Shown: one piece after another, positions 35,673 through 48,294 of the stretch
Layout: every line of letters starts with the position of its first letter
Position numbering within the stretch: position 1 is the stretch's first letter
DNA from: Pseudogymnoascus verrucosus
Taxonomy: Eukaryota
Length of the DNA stretch: 64,000 nt
Assembly (NCBI GenBank): GCA_001662655.1
Contig: KV460211.1
Strand: one strand, 5' to 3'
Position numbers and translations under genes: made by a program
Notes under the pieces: model-generated
The model's database searches: none
Seen by the model: only the letters and a program-made list of their open reading frames with translations
What the model was told of the DNA's origin: nothing

Positions 35673-36809
35673 GTGGCTTCACGCGCAGTGGCATCGCAAG
35701 GTGCCACGACTTTCACATCCTTGGTTCAACACCTGCCCGACTCGCTGCAGAGCTACCTCGACGCCGCCCTCGTCAGCGTCAACAGCGCCTATCAGCAAAT
35801 TCCCGAGCCCGCTCGAGACTACATCCACGAGGCCGCTGAACGCTCGTACCTTAATACGCCGGTTGGTCTTGCCGGAACCACACTGGTCCTTGTCGCGACT
35901 ATCGTTTCAATGAGTCGCTGGGGATCTAGCTTCTGGACTGGAGGGCAACGCTTGTCGCCGTTTAGCTCCAGATCTCACGCCCCGCCTGTCATCACTAACG
36001 ACGACTTCTCCTACATCACATCGGAAGATTTGGCGGAACCAGGCAGAGCATATGACCCGCTGTCTCGCCCGCCAGCCTCGAGCGATTTAGAGGACGATGT
36101 GCTGTTACTGAAGAACAAGGGAATCACATATCCGCTGAAGTTCCCGGCATTCAGCATCGGCGATGGGAAGCTGCTCGTTCAGGATGTACGAGAGCGTGCT
36201 ATGGTGGTGCTTGGCATCAGAAACAGGCCTATAAAACTGCTATACAAGGGGAAGCAGCTGAAGGACAACGAAGCATTCTGCCGCGACTATGGCTTGAAGG
36301 ATAAGTCTGAGGTCTTGTGCATCGTGGGAGAGCCTCAGGCTGGCGACTCGGACTCGGGTCTCAGCGACACGGGGACCGGTGGGTCCAAGGATTCAAAGAA
36401 GAAGAAGAATAAGAAGGGCAAGAAGGGCAAGTCGGGCAAGTCGAAGAAGAAGAGCGACAAAGACGATGTCAAGGAGGGGCAGGGGCAGGGGGCTGCTGGA
36501 GGAGGGTCACGGACAGACTCGCCAGCTAATGCTCCGAAGACACCGTTAGAAAAACTGAACGCTATTGCATCGGACTTCCATACGAAGATCCTCCCGCTCT
36601 GTATCGTATACACGGCAAACCCACCAGAAGACCCGAAGAAGAAGGACTTCGAGCATAAGAAGCTGGGGGAGACGATCATGACCCAAGTACTACTGAAGTT
36701 GGATGGAGTTGATACGGAGGGAGACCCAGAGGCCAGGCAGGTCAGAAAGGACCTTGTCAAGGAGACACAGGGAGTTTTAGATGGGCTCGATGCGGCTGCG
36801 GCACGTTGA
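35673..36809 (+). CDS. BAG-domain Hsp70 co-chaperone with ubiquitin-like domain (first ATG 35910; probable upstream GTG start 35673)
   Basis: Ubl: [12 protein letters not shown]...[64 protein letters not shown]. Confidence 0.88.
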   Translation: MASRAVASQGATTFTSLVQHLPDSLQSYLDAALVSVNSAYQQIPEPARDYIHEAAERSYLNTPVGLAGTTLVLVATIVSMSRWGSSFWTGGQRLSPFSSRSHAPPVITNDDFSYITSEDLAEPGRAYDPLSRPPASSDLEDDVLLLKNKGITYPLKFPAFSIGDGKLLVQDVRERAMVVLGIRNRPIKLLYKGKQLKDNEAFCRDYGLKDKSEVLCIVGEPQAGDSDSGLSDTGTGGSKDSKKKKNKKGKKGKSGKSKKKSDKDDVKEGQGQGAAGGGSRTDSPANAPKTPLEKLNAIASDFHTKILPLCIVYTANPPEDPKKKDFEHKKLGETIMTQVLLKLDGVDTEGDPEARQVRKDLVKETQGVLDGLDAAAAR

Positions 36810-37432
36810 AGCATTTGTATGGCATTGGAAAGGGATGGGCATAGTACAGGCGTTGTCCACGGTCAAGGAGGAGTTATATGACAGTGGACGACCACAGAAA
36901 TATTATGAATACGCGCCCCTCACTTCCATATCCACTGCTGTCAGCAGATTCCACAGTGACACCAAGATAGTAGAGAAGAGATGCTCCAAATGGAGAGTAT
37001 AGCCCAGAATAAAATCTCGGTCACGTGCTTTATCTTTTTGTGCATGCATCTGGAGTAATTTAGGGGACCTTGTGATAATTTATGCAGGCCCCAAGTTTCG
37101 AAAGGCGCCGCCAATCATCAAAGCCGACGGACGAATTATGGGTGGCATAGCGCAACGGTGATATATGTTTTGAAATGCAAGGACATCAAAACCGACGATC
37201 ACGGAAATGACATCGCAGCCTCCAACTCCCTTTCCCGCCTACACCTAACTGAGCGCGCACGAAAAGGCCCTTCACCTTGGCGTCGACAACTACCACAGAC
37301 CGCCCTGTAAGCAAACGAACACGCATATATCGCATGTGCACTCCACGCCGCCTCGTTATCACGACAAACCTCTGCGTCGTCCCACCCTCGCCGTGCCGTC
37401 CAGGCACAACAACATAAACACACGCCCTTACC

Positions 37433-38620
37433 ATGCCATCCACGCCCCATACACCCACACACTCCCGCCGCCCCTCCGCCCTCTCTATCTCCATCTCGCC
37501 CGCGCCGTCCTCCCAGCGCCGCCAGTCCGTCGCCTCCCACCGCTCCAAAAATTCAATCTCCTCCATAACCCCCACATCCCCAGGAAGCCGCCTCCTGCGC
37601 TCCGACTCCCTCAACGACGCGCCCTTCTCCCCCGGCGCGCCCGCCTCAAATGGCCTCGGGAACCTCGCCGACGAACTCGCAGACGCCTGGGCCAGCGACG
37701 AAGATGAGGCCGAGCCAGACATGAATTTCGCCAGCATCGGCGCTGAGCTCGCCGACGCTGACGCCGACTCCCAAGACGAAGCCGACTCAGATACCGAGAC
37801 AAAAGATCCCTCCCAAAAGCCCCGCGAGCGCGACAGCGGCGTCTCCATCTCCGGATCGCCCGCGCCGAAGGGCCTCGCTCCCAACCCCATCGGCCACCGC
37901 CGCGCAGCTAGCGACTACGACGGGAGCGATTACGGGTCGTCGTCGTCGCTTCCCGAGACTGGGCTCCCGACTAGCCTACTCGCGCGCATCGATGGGATCG
38001 AGTCGCTCGCTCGGCGCGGGCTAGAGGATAACGGGGACGCGCGCTCAGGGGTGGTGAAGCGCGTTGTGGAGAGCTTACGGGATCTGAGTGGGCAGGGAGG
38101 CGTGGAGACGGGGGCTACAAGGTTGATTACTGCGAATACGGCGCTGAGCTCGCATTTGATGCATCAGACGCGCACGCTGCACAGCTTGACGTATCCGCTG
38201 ATTAGCCCGATGAATGCGCCGCTGGATGAGGAGTCGATTGAGGAGTTACTGCCGTTGCTGGCTGCGCTGGGGGAGGCGATGCCGAGGCCGGATGTGAGCA
38301 GCTTGGTGGCGCTGACGGGGCTGCATGGGGTTACGGGGGAGCTGATTGAGAAGTTGGGGGGGGTGGGGGATAGTTTGCATATGAGTCGGCAGACGACGAG
38401 TGTGGCGGCGAGGCGGCTGAGGGAGGCGAAGGAGATGGTGGAGGAGTTGAGGAAGGAGGAGGAGAGGAGGGAGGAGGGGGAGAGGTGGTTGAGGAGGGGG
38501 GGGTGGGGGGATAGGCTGGGGAAAAGGGAGTGTGCGCGGGTTTGTGGGGAGGTGGTGGGGGGGTTTGAGGAGGTGTGTGAGGGGTGGAGGAGGAGGTTGG
38601 GAGAGGGTGTTGGTGCTTGA
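37433..38620 (+). CDS. Fungal hypothetical protein (395 aa; disordered N-terminus, helical C-terminus)
   Basis: Long ORF with protein-like motifs GLGNLADELADAW, VETGATRLITANTALSSHL, LHMSRQTTSVAARRLR, CARVCGEVVGGFEEVC. Confidence 0.8.
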   Translation: MPSTPHTPTHSRRPSALSISISPAPSSQRRQSVASHRSKNSISSITPTSPGSRLLRSDSLNDAPFSPGAPASNGLGNLADELADAWASDEDEAEPDMNFASIGAELADADADSQDEADSDTETKDPSQKPRERDSGVSISGSPAPKGLAPNPIGHRRAASDYDGSDYGSSSSLPETGLPTSLLARIDGIESLARRGLEDNGDARSGVVKRVVESLRDLSGQGGVETGATRLITANTALSSHLMHQTRTLHSLTYPLISPMNAPLDEESIEELLPLLAALGEAMPRPDVSSLVALTGLHGVTGELIEKLGGVGDSLHMSRQTTSVAARRLREAKEMVEELRKEEERREEGERWLRRGGWGDRLGKRECARVCGEVVGGFEEVCEGWRRRLGEGVGA

Positions 38621-39288
38621 TCTATGTTGGATGCAATTGGATAGCTGGAAGATGTGGATGAGGATGAGGATGAGGCGTTAGGCGTGTGTGATACCGGATC
38701 AGCAATGTAGACTGAAACATGGGCGAAGAACTTGACGATTAGATTACATATTATATTCATATTTGTCTTTTGAATAGGCAGGTAGAAACATTAGCGGGAG
38801 AGATGATATCCCAATATTTTACTGAAAGACTTTCTATTCCAACCACCTTGTGCATCCCAAAGACTCCATTCCCTCTAGAGACACCAGATCGAAGGCTGCA
38901 AAAATTATAACTGGGTGCTGGCATACCTTTAATGGTTCGTTTTGACAACGCAATAACTCGAGGATGCTTAAGAGACTTCGTCGTGCGCGAGATGCATCTG
39001 CCGAAGCAACTTACAAAGCCAGTGAGAATACGGTGAGCTTACGCAAAACCACGTAAATAAATATGTAAATAATAAATAATACGAAGCTGATTCAGCCTGG
39101 TTCATCGCCCGACCCGTTATAATACAGTAAGCACGATATTACTTCTGATTGTGTAGTTTAGATGCATCATCATTTATGGTGAGAATTTACTATAAATATC
39201 AGTTTGTCCAATCCATTATCATACAGAAATATTATCCAAATCACATATCCAACTTTTAATTCAGCTCAATTACTGCGCAAATTTCAAA

Positions 39289-39812
39289 ATGGTACACACC
39301 CCCGCTACTCCTGCTATGTGTTGCAATTTAATGCTCATAAATTCAAACAGGTTCTCGTACCTGTGAAGACCCTCGCCATAGCCAGCCTGGCCGCTCTCGC
39401 TGTCGCCAACCCCTTCGAATTCGTCGTCTATAAAGATGGTGCCTGCAATGGCCCCGTCGCAGACCAGCGCATAGACCGCCCTATTGGGAGCTGTACGAGT
39501 AAGTTCCCCTTTCTTATTACTCGAAATATAAAAAATCGTACTCCTAAAGCAAGGTTTTGGAAGCTTTTTATCTACAAGTGAAATGCTAATATAAAACCCC
39601 CTATAGACTTCAAAACCGGCGGATTATATGGTGCCCTCATTCTCGACGAATACAACAACAAGCCCGGCTGCACCTTCAAGTTCTGGGAGCTCGCTGATTG
39701 TCATGGGAAGGCGACGGTGCAGCATAGTGGGATTACCTGCACTCCTATTGCGAACAAGGATGGGCAGTTTTATTTGACCAATGGGGCTAGGAGTGCTTCT
39801 ATCTCTTGCTAA
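39289..39812 (+). CDS. Small secreted cysteine-rich protein (118 aa, 6 Cys); exons 39289-39291, 39351-39498, 39607-39812
   Basis: Spliced translation MVLVPVKTLAIASLAALAVA-NPFEFVVYKDGAC...GSCTNF...PGCTFKFWELADCHG...TCTP...ARSASISC*; canonical GT-AG introns; TATAAATA at ~39191. Confidence 0.8.
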
Positions 39813-40434
39813 GGCAATTATTACATATCAATGACAACAGCATTTTCAACTTCACAAGAATACGAGACATCAGTCAGAGGTTCAAGATGTAATTGCTACA
39901 ATCCCCTATCATAAATACATCCCCTGCAGTGCAGTCCCCCAAAACAAAAAACCAGCGTTAACCCACACACACCCCCCCAGCCCCATCCCAAGAATAGCAA
40001 CGCACCCCCCTCCCAAATCCGTCGTCAAATCTCAATCCCAATCATAACATAATCCCCGCGCGCCCCATAAAAGTACAACAGTATGCCCAAGTATGCCCAA
40101 GTATAATAGCAAGCAAGCAACTAGCGCGAGCGAGCAGCACAGCCAGAGCCAAAGTTTGGTTGCGAGTCCAGAAAAATAAAAATCGTGGTGTTGTAAATAT
40201 ACAGTAAAACCATGGGGTAGATAAAAAGCAACGGGCAGCTAAACACGAATTTCTCTTTGATTGATGATGAAGATAGTGGAGTGGTAAAACCAATGTTTGC
40301 TTGGTTGGTGCTGGTCCAAAAAATGAATCTGGTGGGATGTTTCAAAAAAGGCTCTCTCCATATACGGCAATCGTGAGTTGGCGGTGGCTGGCTGTGGCAA
40401 AGCAGGCTGTTGCGGGTTGATGCATGATAGATAA

Positions 40435-42612
40435 CTATGGCTGCACCTTGCTGGCACTCGCAATCGGAGCCCCATTCCCAGCCGAAGCATGGTACTTGCT
40501 GATCTTCATAAAGCCCCTAAATATCAATCAGTATTTTATTTTATCAAACACAGTGCTGGAAGAACTCACCTCGTCAAATCAAAAGCCGGCTCCTCTCCCT
40601 CACTCTCCTCATCCTCCCTATCATCCTTCACATCCGCAGACCTCTCAGGGCTCTCCCTCCGCCTCCTCGGCGCGGGACTACTACTCTGCGGCGCGTCCCC
40701 ACCAAGTCCGCGGAGCGGGCTGACATCAAACCCCAGCCCGCCCTGCGCCCCCTTAATCACACTCGGTGTATTCCCAAGCTCTGCGAAACGCCAGAACGGC
40801 GCGGGACTCGACGTCGGCATGTGTTGGCTGGGTCGCTGCGCTGTGCTCGGTGGAGCAAAGTGCGGGTGCTTGCGTACGGGTGCTGGCGTTAGAAATGCCG
40901 TGCCCTCTTCCTGGGCAAACGACGATGACAGGACCGGAGACTCGGCTGCATTCTCGCCTATCCCAAACGGGTTGTTGCTGCCTGTTCGGCGCCTCGGTAA
41001 CGGGCTGCCATCACCGGGTTCCTCGTCTAGAAGAGGTCTTGGAAGCTTCAGGCGGTCCGGGGTCTGTTGAGATCCGTTTGGAGGGATACCGCGCATAGTG
41101 GGGCTTCCACCTGGACTTCTCTTAACCCTCCTTGACGGGGAGCCACCCTCCTTATCACCCGGGCCATGAACAGTCCTGGTAATCTTGGGGCCTGGTGATG
41201 AACGTGGAGTTCCAGAGGTCTCGCGTCGCTTTGGAGGGGACTTGCGTGCAGACTTTGGGCCCCAAGCATCGGAGATCATGTGCTCACGCATATCGGGAGT
41301 GAAGCACCAATACCCTCCCTTACCGGTGTCTTCTGGGCCGCGCTGGCGAACCTTGAAGCCGGGATTGAGGGAGAGGTTATGGCGGATGGAATTTTGCCAG
41401 CCCTTGAAGAACTCAGGGCGGCGATAGTGAGCGTAATTTCGTTTCATGTATTCGTAGATATCGTTAAGAGTTGCCATCTCGTTTTCGGATGTGTAGAGAG
41501 CTTGGCTGATGAGCTGCCCATAGGTGAAAGCCGGCTTAATATGGGACGTAGCATCGTTCTGATAATCAATCGTATCCGCGCTCATAATAATGGTTCCACC
41601 AGCACGTCCAAACGCAGGAGAGGATGTAGGAATAGGGCCCCTCGCTCTCTGCTTAGCTGGGGTGTCTGGCTTCTTGTAATCCGGAGGTGCAGGTGCCAGT
41701 GTTGGATGGTTAGATCCCAACGTTCCCTCTGCTTTCCCTCTGTTCGCCGCAGCAAGAAAGTTGCCTGTAATCGGCAGCTCGCTCTGGAAGGGATCCGAGG
41801 CAATAAGGCCCGCTCGTTGGAGATATTTATCATCGATTTCGACTGGTTGATCGTCCGTTGGTAGAACAAACATCATCTCGACGCCGGCTACTTCAATGAC
41901 TGCCCCGCTCTGGAGCTTCATTACATGGCCTCGGCGGACCTGCTGGTCGTTGACTTTGATGCCATTTCGCCCATTGACGATGACGTTCCACTGCGATGTC
42001 TGGCTGTCAAAGTATATCTCGGCGTGTAATCGAGAGACCAGCTTGTTAGGTCCAATATCGATATGGATCCTGCTTGGTTCCGTCGGCGCCGCCGGCAATT
42101 CCATGCCATCCCCTTCATTGCTCACCGCCGGGGTAGTTGGGGCGTTCTCGTCCTGGAGAGGTGCGATATATCCTTCTGGTGGTCGCCCAATGTTGGTCCG
42201 GAGACGCTTGACGTAGAACGTCCAGTCCTTTCCGGTAACTTTGGCGTACGCAGCAACGTTCTTGCTTTGTCTTTGGTGGTGATGATTGTCATGGTCGCGC
42301 GCAACTTGAACGAAGTGATCTGGCATAGACAGATGTTGTGATACGGTCGACACCAGGTCCTCGTCGCTCATGTTCAGTTCTGCTTGGCTGGTGGGCAATT
42401 TCACAGGCTCCGGGGCGCGTGTTTCGGACTTGTTCATCTCGGCCTTTGTCTTCGAGCGAGTTAGCAGTTTCCCTCAACAAGATAAACCTCATGCTCACCC
42501 TTCTTCTCTTCGCGGATTGCGCTGGGGACGTCAAGGTAGTATCCATGTCGTCAGAATGGTTGATGGGCTGCCCACGTTTGGCACGCTGGGTGCGTTTCGT
42601 GGAAGGTGGCAT
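40435..42612 (-). CDS. FKH2: FHA + forkhead transcription factor (Fkh1/Fkh2 type), 3 exons
   Basis: FHA: AYAKVTGKDWTFYVK...IGR...IDIGPNKLVSRLHAEI...GRNG; forkhead: KPAFTYGQLISQA...GWQNSIRHNLSLN; last exon RGFMKISKYH...VQP* ends 40435. Confidence 0.88.
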
Positions 42613-43718
42613 TGTGTCGCCTGTAGTTGTATTGTCAAAGTCCTAACAATAGTATATTAGTATGAGCGACAGACTGGTTTATTTGAGTCTGGATGGGTAG
42701 TCGCAGGGAAGTGTTGTTTGGGGGTTCTGCGCCAGTGGCGGTCATCTAAGACAGTACCCGGAAACCATCAAAGGACTGGATTCGCTCAATACGGACCTCT
42801 TACATCAATCTGCGGCAATCAAGAGTTGGCTCCTTCTTGCGCCCCGATGACTTGTACAAACTTTGGGATAGTTTTTGTGATTGAGGCTCTAGTGGGTTGG
42901 TGAATGTGTGTTGGACAATAAAGTCTAGTTTGTTGCACGACTCATGCCTCCGGTTTGTTTAGTTGGGTGAAATTCCTGTCTGGGTCTGTAATCAAAGTGG
43001 CAGGTTCGCGTCGTCGCGTATACGCTATGCGCGTGACTTTTTCCGATTAAAGTGAAAGAGCGCACTGGCCCAGCCTGCTCCTATTTCCCCTCTTAATAAT
43101 TTTTTTGGGGGGGGATAAGACGTTTTCGTAAATAAAGAGAATGATAACGGAATCCAGCCCTGAAGTGATTAAACGTCTGTATGGAAATAGCGTTTGCCTG
43201 TAAACACACTATTATTTATGGACAGTCCCTCTTCCGATATTTTAGGCGGCACCAATAGCCAAGTCCGTTTACATTTTTTTCATTTTCTGTAAAGTTTCGC
43301 TCGTTTTATCCTGTGGAAAGGGTTGTGATTGGCCCAACAAGACCAGATAAACATAATCGGATTCTGTCGTCACCAGCACGTGACTTAGAGGGACCAAATG
43401 CGGAGAAATAGTGTAAGTCCTTATGGAGTAGTAATCTCAGTAGTTTGTTCTACAAGAAAATGATCTAGACTTCCTTCGTCGTTGATTATAATTAATTGTG
43501 TCTGTGCAATTTACTCTGGTTATTAAAGTACCGTGAAACTCGTGCGGATTCAAAAGGGAAGGAGCATTCAAGACTAGTATGTGGAAAATCGACGTGTTCT
43601 CCAGTGAAGCAAGAACACAACAAAACAAAGAGCATCTCGTGACCCCGCCCTCCACGAACTCAATCTATCATCAACAGAATCCGTTATCAAAAAACACGCC
43701 TCACAAGACAAAAGGATA

Positions 43719-43815
43719 TGCCCACATACGGAGTTGAACCGTAGACCTCGGCATGTCAGATCACGTGACCGCGAATCATACTAGTGCCGCGCTCTACCAA
43801 CTGAGCTATGGGGGC
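43719..43815 (-). tRNA. tRNA-Thr(AGT) with ~24 nt intron
   Basis: Reverse complement GCCCCCA-TA-GCTC-AGTTGGTA-GAGC-G-CGGCA-CT-AGT-A-[intron]-A-TGCCG-AGGTC-TACGG-TTCAACT-CCGTA-TGTGGGC-A. Confidence 0.92.
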
Positions 43816-46273
43816 TGATAATTGACATGTTCCCGCCTATTCCAGTATCGCAGGTTTCAAAAAACAGGCCATCGGAAACAAGCTCTAGATTCATTGTGCA
43901 TCTGCCGTCGTATCCAAGATGGGTCTAGGCCACGCTGGACTGGGATACTCGTCAGCCTTGGATAAGGGCTGAAAAGCCAACAATGGCGACGTGCATCATC
44001 TGATCTTTATTAAGAGTGAGAAGTAAGCATGCGATGTGCGATCGTAGCCGGACATCCCTTCTCCTATCCTATGCAGGCGCAGAAGTATGGCCGGGGAACC
44101 CCCCCTTGCTGGGCTGGAAAAAGCTGGTCAGAGACATACATCTGCCCCTCATCACCGTGGCGTTCAGGCCGTGCATCGGCCGGCATAGGAGTTCACCGAT
44201 CCGACACTGCACCGCCTCGAGTCACGGCCCGAGTGGGGGCGGCGGGGCCGAGACTGCGGAGTAAATTTCTAATGGCCACCTTCCTTCTACACACTACTTA
44301 CTAAGGGCCGCCTCATCCTCGGGGGAAATCAAATCCTGGTCCAAAAATGCGAATGACACGCAGGACCCCGCGTGGGACGGCATGCAGTGCGTTCTCGTCC
44401 TCAGGAGGTACACCCGAGGCATAGCATCAAGCCATAGCCATAGCCCATAGTACCGCCGTACCATGATGCTCTTCTCTCTCGAGTACTGTAACTCGTAATG
44501 CTGTGATCCGATGTAGCCTACCCGCCCTGTTGAGTCCCTGAAACAGGTTCTACTGGCTATCTTTAACACTAGAGCAATACTTGGCCCTTCCCCGTGGTCC
44601 TGACCATGCAACTAGCCTCCTATACGTGGTAGACAAGGAAGCGGCGGTCCAACAGGACGAGCTAGCCGGACCCAAAGATGCACAGAGCATGTTGTGTCAC
44701 CTACACATCGAGAAAGCTGAGGCGGTTAATGTGCGTGCAACGGGTTCAATAAGTGACATGCCCTTACCATCCACGCGTTTACCACGCCGTTGGGATCTGA
44801 GAAGACCACGGTCATATGCATGTCAGTTTGTCCGCTTCCGTAAGCAATCGAGTCCTCTGACCGATTGCAGCTCTGCCCTGCCGGATGCTTACCGGACTGG
44901 CTGTGAGTGTGTCGGAGCATCCGGGAGGGGGTTTGCTGTGGTGCTGGAGCGGTAGAGGCATCCTAGTCGTAGGTCGAGCGCACGAGGGAGGTCAGGCCAT
45001 CCACGAAAAAGACGGTGAACGAGATATCTGTCCATAGGGGGATCAGTAAATCAGTAGAAAAAGGTAATAGAAAGTAGAGTAACCGGAAGTAGGTCCGTTT
45101 GACCTTCCTTTCCTGCGAATAAAGGGTGTAGTGGAGACCGTGGGGTTCAAGCGCCTTGACTGACCTTGCCTGACATGACCTGACTCGACGTTATGAGAAA
45201 CTCACCCCACGCTGGGCTGATGCCATTCCTAGCCAAGCTGGATAGGCAGGATATTTTTAATTTGGCCGTCCATCCAGCATCCAACATCCAAGGCATTGCC
45301 TGTCAGATTTTGGTATGGTATGTAGGTATGTAAGATCATAGGATCATGCATCCAGAAAACCTTGAGTAGTGAAGCAGAAAATGACTCGTCATATTTTATA
45401 TTCCGCAGGAAAGTGAGTGTGTGTTCGGTGATGTGGTAAAGACCCGACGGTTCACCCTCAACTTAGCCGATCCCTATCAGATCCGGGTGATCCGTATGAA
45501 CCGTGTTCCAGTACTATGGGGATACTCGGCAGGCTTAGTGGACAGATGCATCGTCTTCGCCTTTTTCATGGGGACACTACCCGTCATGGCCGCGCAACTC
45601 CCGCAACGCCCGCGACAGGTGGGACTTCACCGACAACTTCCGTTCCCGGCAGAAGGCATGAGAGGGGTTGGTTGCCCAGCTCCTGCCTTTTTCCCACCAT
45701 TTCCCACCTTTCCCACCCATAATCGTACCATTATACCAAACCATACATAGTACATCCCTATCCCCCCCCTCCCCCTCCCCTCCCCCCTTTGGTATACCCT
45801 ACTTAAAGTGCTTGTGCTGATAGACTGTCAAGCTGAACGATACACAGCTCCACTGTCGTCCGCCTCCCCCACTTGCTACCACAGTAGTAGCCAAGCAGGT
45901 AAGGCCACTTGACGGGACGTTGCCTTGAGATAGTCAACATTGGTCCCTAACCTTCAATTATTATATAAGTACTCTCGTTCTTCCCCCATCCACAGAATCA
46001 TCAGTCTCTCGCTGCTCCCTACTGTGCTTTGTTCTGTCCGTGATATATGATAAATACCTTCTTCTCCTTGGACGTTTGAAGCTATTTCTCGATTCCTTCT
46101 CCAAGATCATCTCCTACTTGTTGGCAGCTTCTCAAGAACGGGACCGTCTTTGGATATCTACCCGCTGTTTTTATCTGACATTCCTGCTGTCACGTTTCTT
46201 TATCACAACCCAGTCACCCTTTTCCCTTCGGTCTCCGGCCTGACTCCTGAAAATCATCTGTGGGACATACACT

Positions 46274-47813
46274 ATGGCCCCTTCAGCAACTTCACCGGGT
46301 GTCGTCTCTAAGCTCAACATGGCTAAAGATGTTAAAGATGGAGCAAACGGCGTCGAGGCCCCTCGTTGCCTCATCGACAGGTCATTAAATGAGGTCCCCT
46401 TTGAAGTTATTGGATCAAAGGGAAACTATCTTCATATGAGCAGCGGCTCCAAGATATTTGACGCTACAGGTGGTGCTGCAGTGGCATGTCTGGGTCATGG
46501 TAACCGTGAGGTCAAGGAGGCCATGCTGGATCAAATGGATGTCAATTCATACTGCAATTCTATGCTTTTCACGAACTCGATTAATGGTACTCTCGCCCAG
46601 GAGATTATTCGGGGCACAGGCAATCTCATGTCAAGGGTATATATTTGCAGCTCTGGTAAGTCCTCATCCACTCCGCTTCCACTTTCCAATGTTTTAACAT
46701 TCCCCTCCAGGCTCCGAAGCAACAGAGGCAGCCATGAAAATGGGACGACAATATTTCTACGAGCTCTCCCCCCGCCAACCCCAACGCACCAAATTCATCG
46801 CCCGCGAGCACTCCTACCACGGCAACACCATTGGCTCACTCTCCCTCTCCGGCCACGTCGCCCGCCGCGAGGCCTACACCCCCATCCTCTCCGAAAACAT
46901 CTCCTGGGTCTCAGCCTGCAACCCCTACCGGCAACGCCTCTCCAACGAATCCGACGCTGCCTTCGTCGCACGAAAAGCTGCCGAGCTAGATAACGAGTTC
47001 CAGCGCCTCGGGCCCGACACCGTCATAGGATTCGTGTGCGAGCCTATCTCCGGTGCCGCTCTCGGTTGCGTCCCTTACGTCGACGGGTACCTATCAGCTA
47101 TGAAGGGGGTGTGTCGTAAATACGGCGCTCTATTCATGCTCGATGAGATCATGTCCGGTATGGGGCGGTCCGGCACACTACACGCCTGGCAAGGTGAACA
47201 TGTCGAGGGCGACCCAAAGCGGGATTGTCTTCCTGATCTACAGATGGTTGGAAAAGGGCTGGGAGGTGGTTACCAACCCATCGCAGCAGTTATCGCTGGT
47301 AAGCAGTATATCAACGCCATCAAAGCCGGGAGCGGCGGCATCATCCACGGACAAACCTACCAAGCCCACCCCGTCGCCTGCGCCGCCTCACTAGCCGTGC
47401 AACGCATTATCCGGCGCGAGAACCTCCTCTCCAACGTCATGAGACAGGGCGCCTACCTATCGCAGCTCCTCCGACAGAAACTCGGATCGCACCCCCACGT
47501 GGGGGACATCCGGGGCAAGGGTCTCTTCTGGGGCGTGGAATTCGTGCGGGATAAAGAGACGAAGGAGCCATTTCCTAAGACATGGGGTGTCGCAGGGAGG
47601 ATGTTGGATGTGGCGCTCAAGGAGCCTTTTAATATTACGTTTTATCCGGGGCAGGGAACGGCGGATGGGTGGGAGGGCGATCATGTTATTGTGTCGCCGG
47701 CGTATAATGTTACGAAGGAGGACGTGGAGTTGATTACTGATAAGTTGGTGGGGGTTTTGGATGCGGTTTTTGAGCAGATGAAGCGTGAGGGGAAGGGTGC
47801 GGGTGATAATTGA
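46274..47813 (+). CDS. PLP-dependent class III aminotransferase, 2 exons (intron ~46656-46710)
   Basis: IFDATGGAAVACLGHG, SSG|SEATEAAMK, SYHGNT, CEPISGAALG, LDEIMSGMGRSG, GKGLGGGY (PLP Lys), HGQTY, DIRGKGLFWG. Confidence 0.92.
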
Positions 47814-48294
47814 GGAGGAGCCCGCATGTGTGGTCAGGGAGGCAAAATGCGTGCTGATATTTTGGATACTCGTGAGCTGTTGGAAAAGCAACGACAAGGG
47901 GAGCAAGGGCTGGGCTGGAGGTAATATATCTTGGTGATAATGTTTTAGCGATTTAGCAGTTCTCATTTTTGGTCTTAATATATTCTGATAATTATTTCAA
48001 TTTGATATTATGGATAACTACTAGAGTTTCGTACAAGGTTGCTAGAAATGAAGGGTATACGAATAAACCTGAACCAGAAAACCGGGAAATAGTGAGTGTC
48101 AAGGACCCCTCCCCCCCATCATCATCAAAGCGTCAAATATCCACATCCTGTATTCCCATTCCGCTGCGAGAGGCCGCCCGAAAAACACCAGTGAAACGCA
48201 AGAACGCACGCACGTCATTCATCGATCGCTCCCAAAGCAACAGAGCTAACTGTACACATACACAAAATCGCACTATGCACCATCACTATCATAA

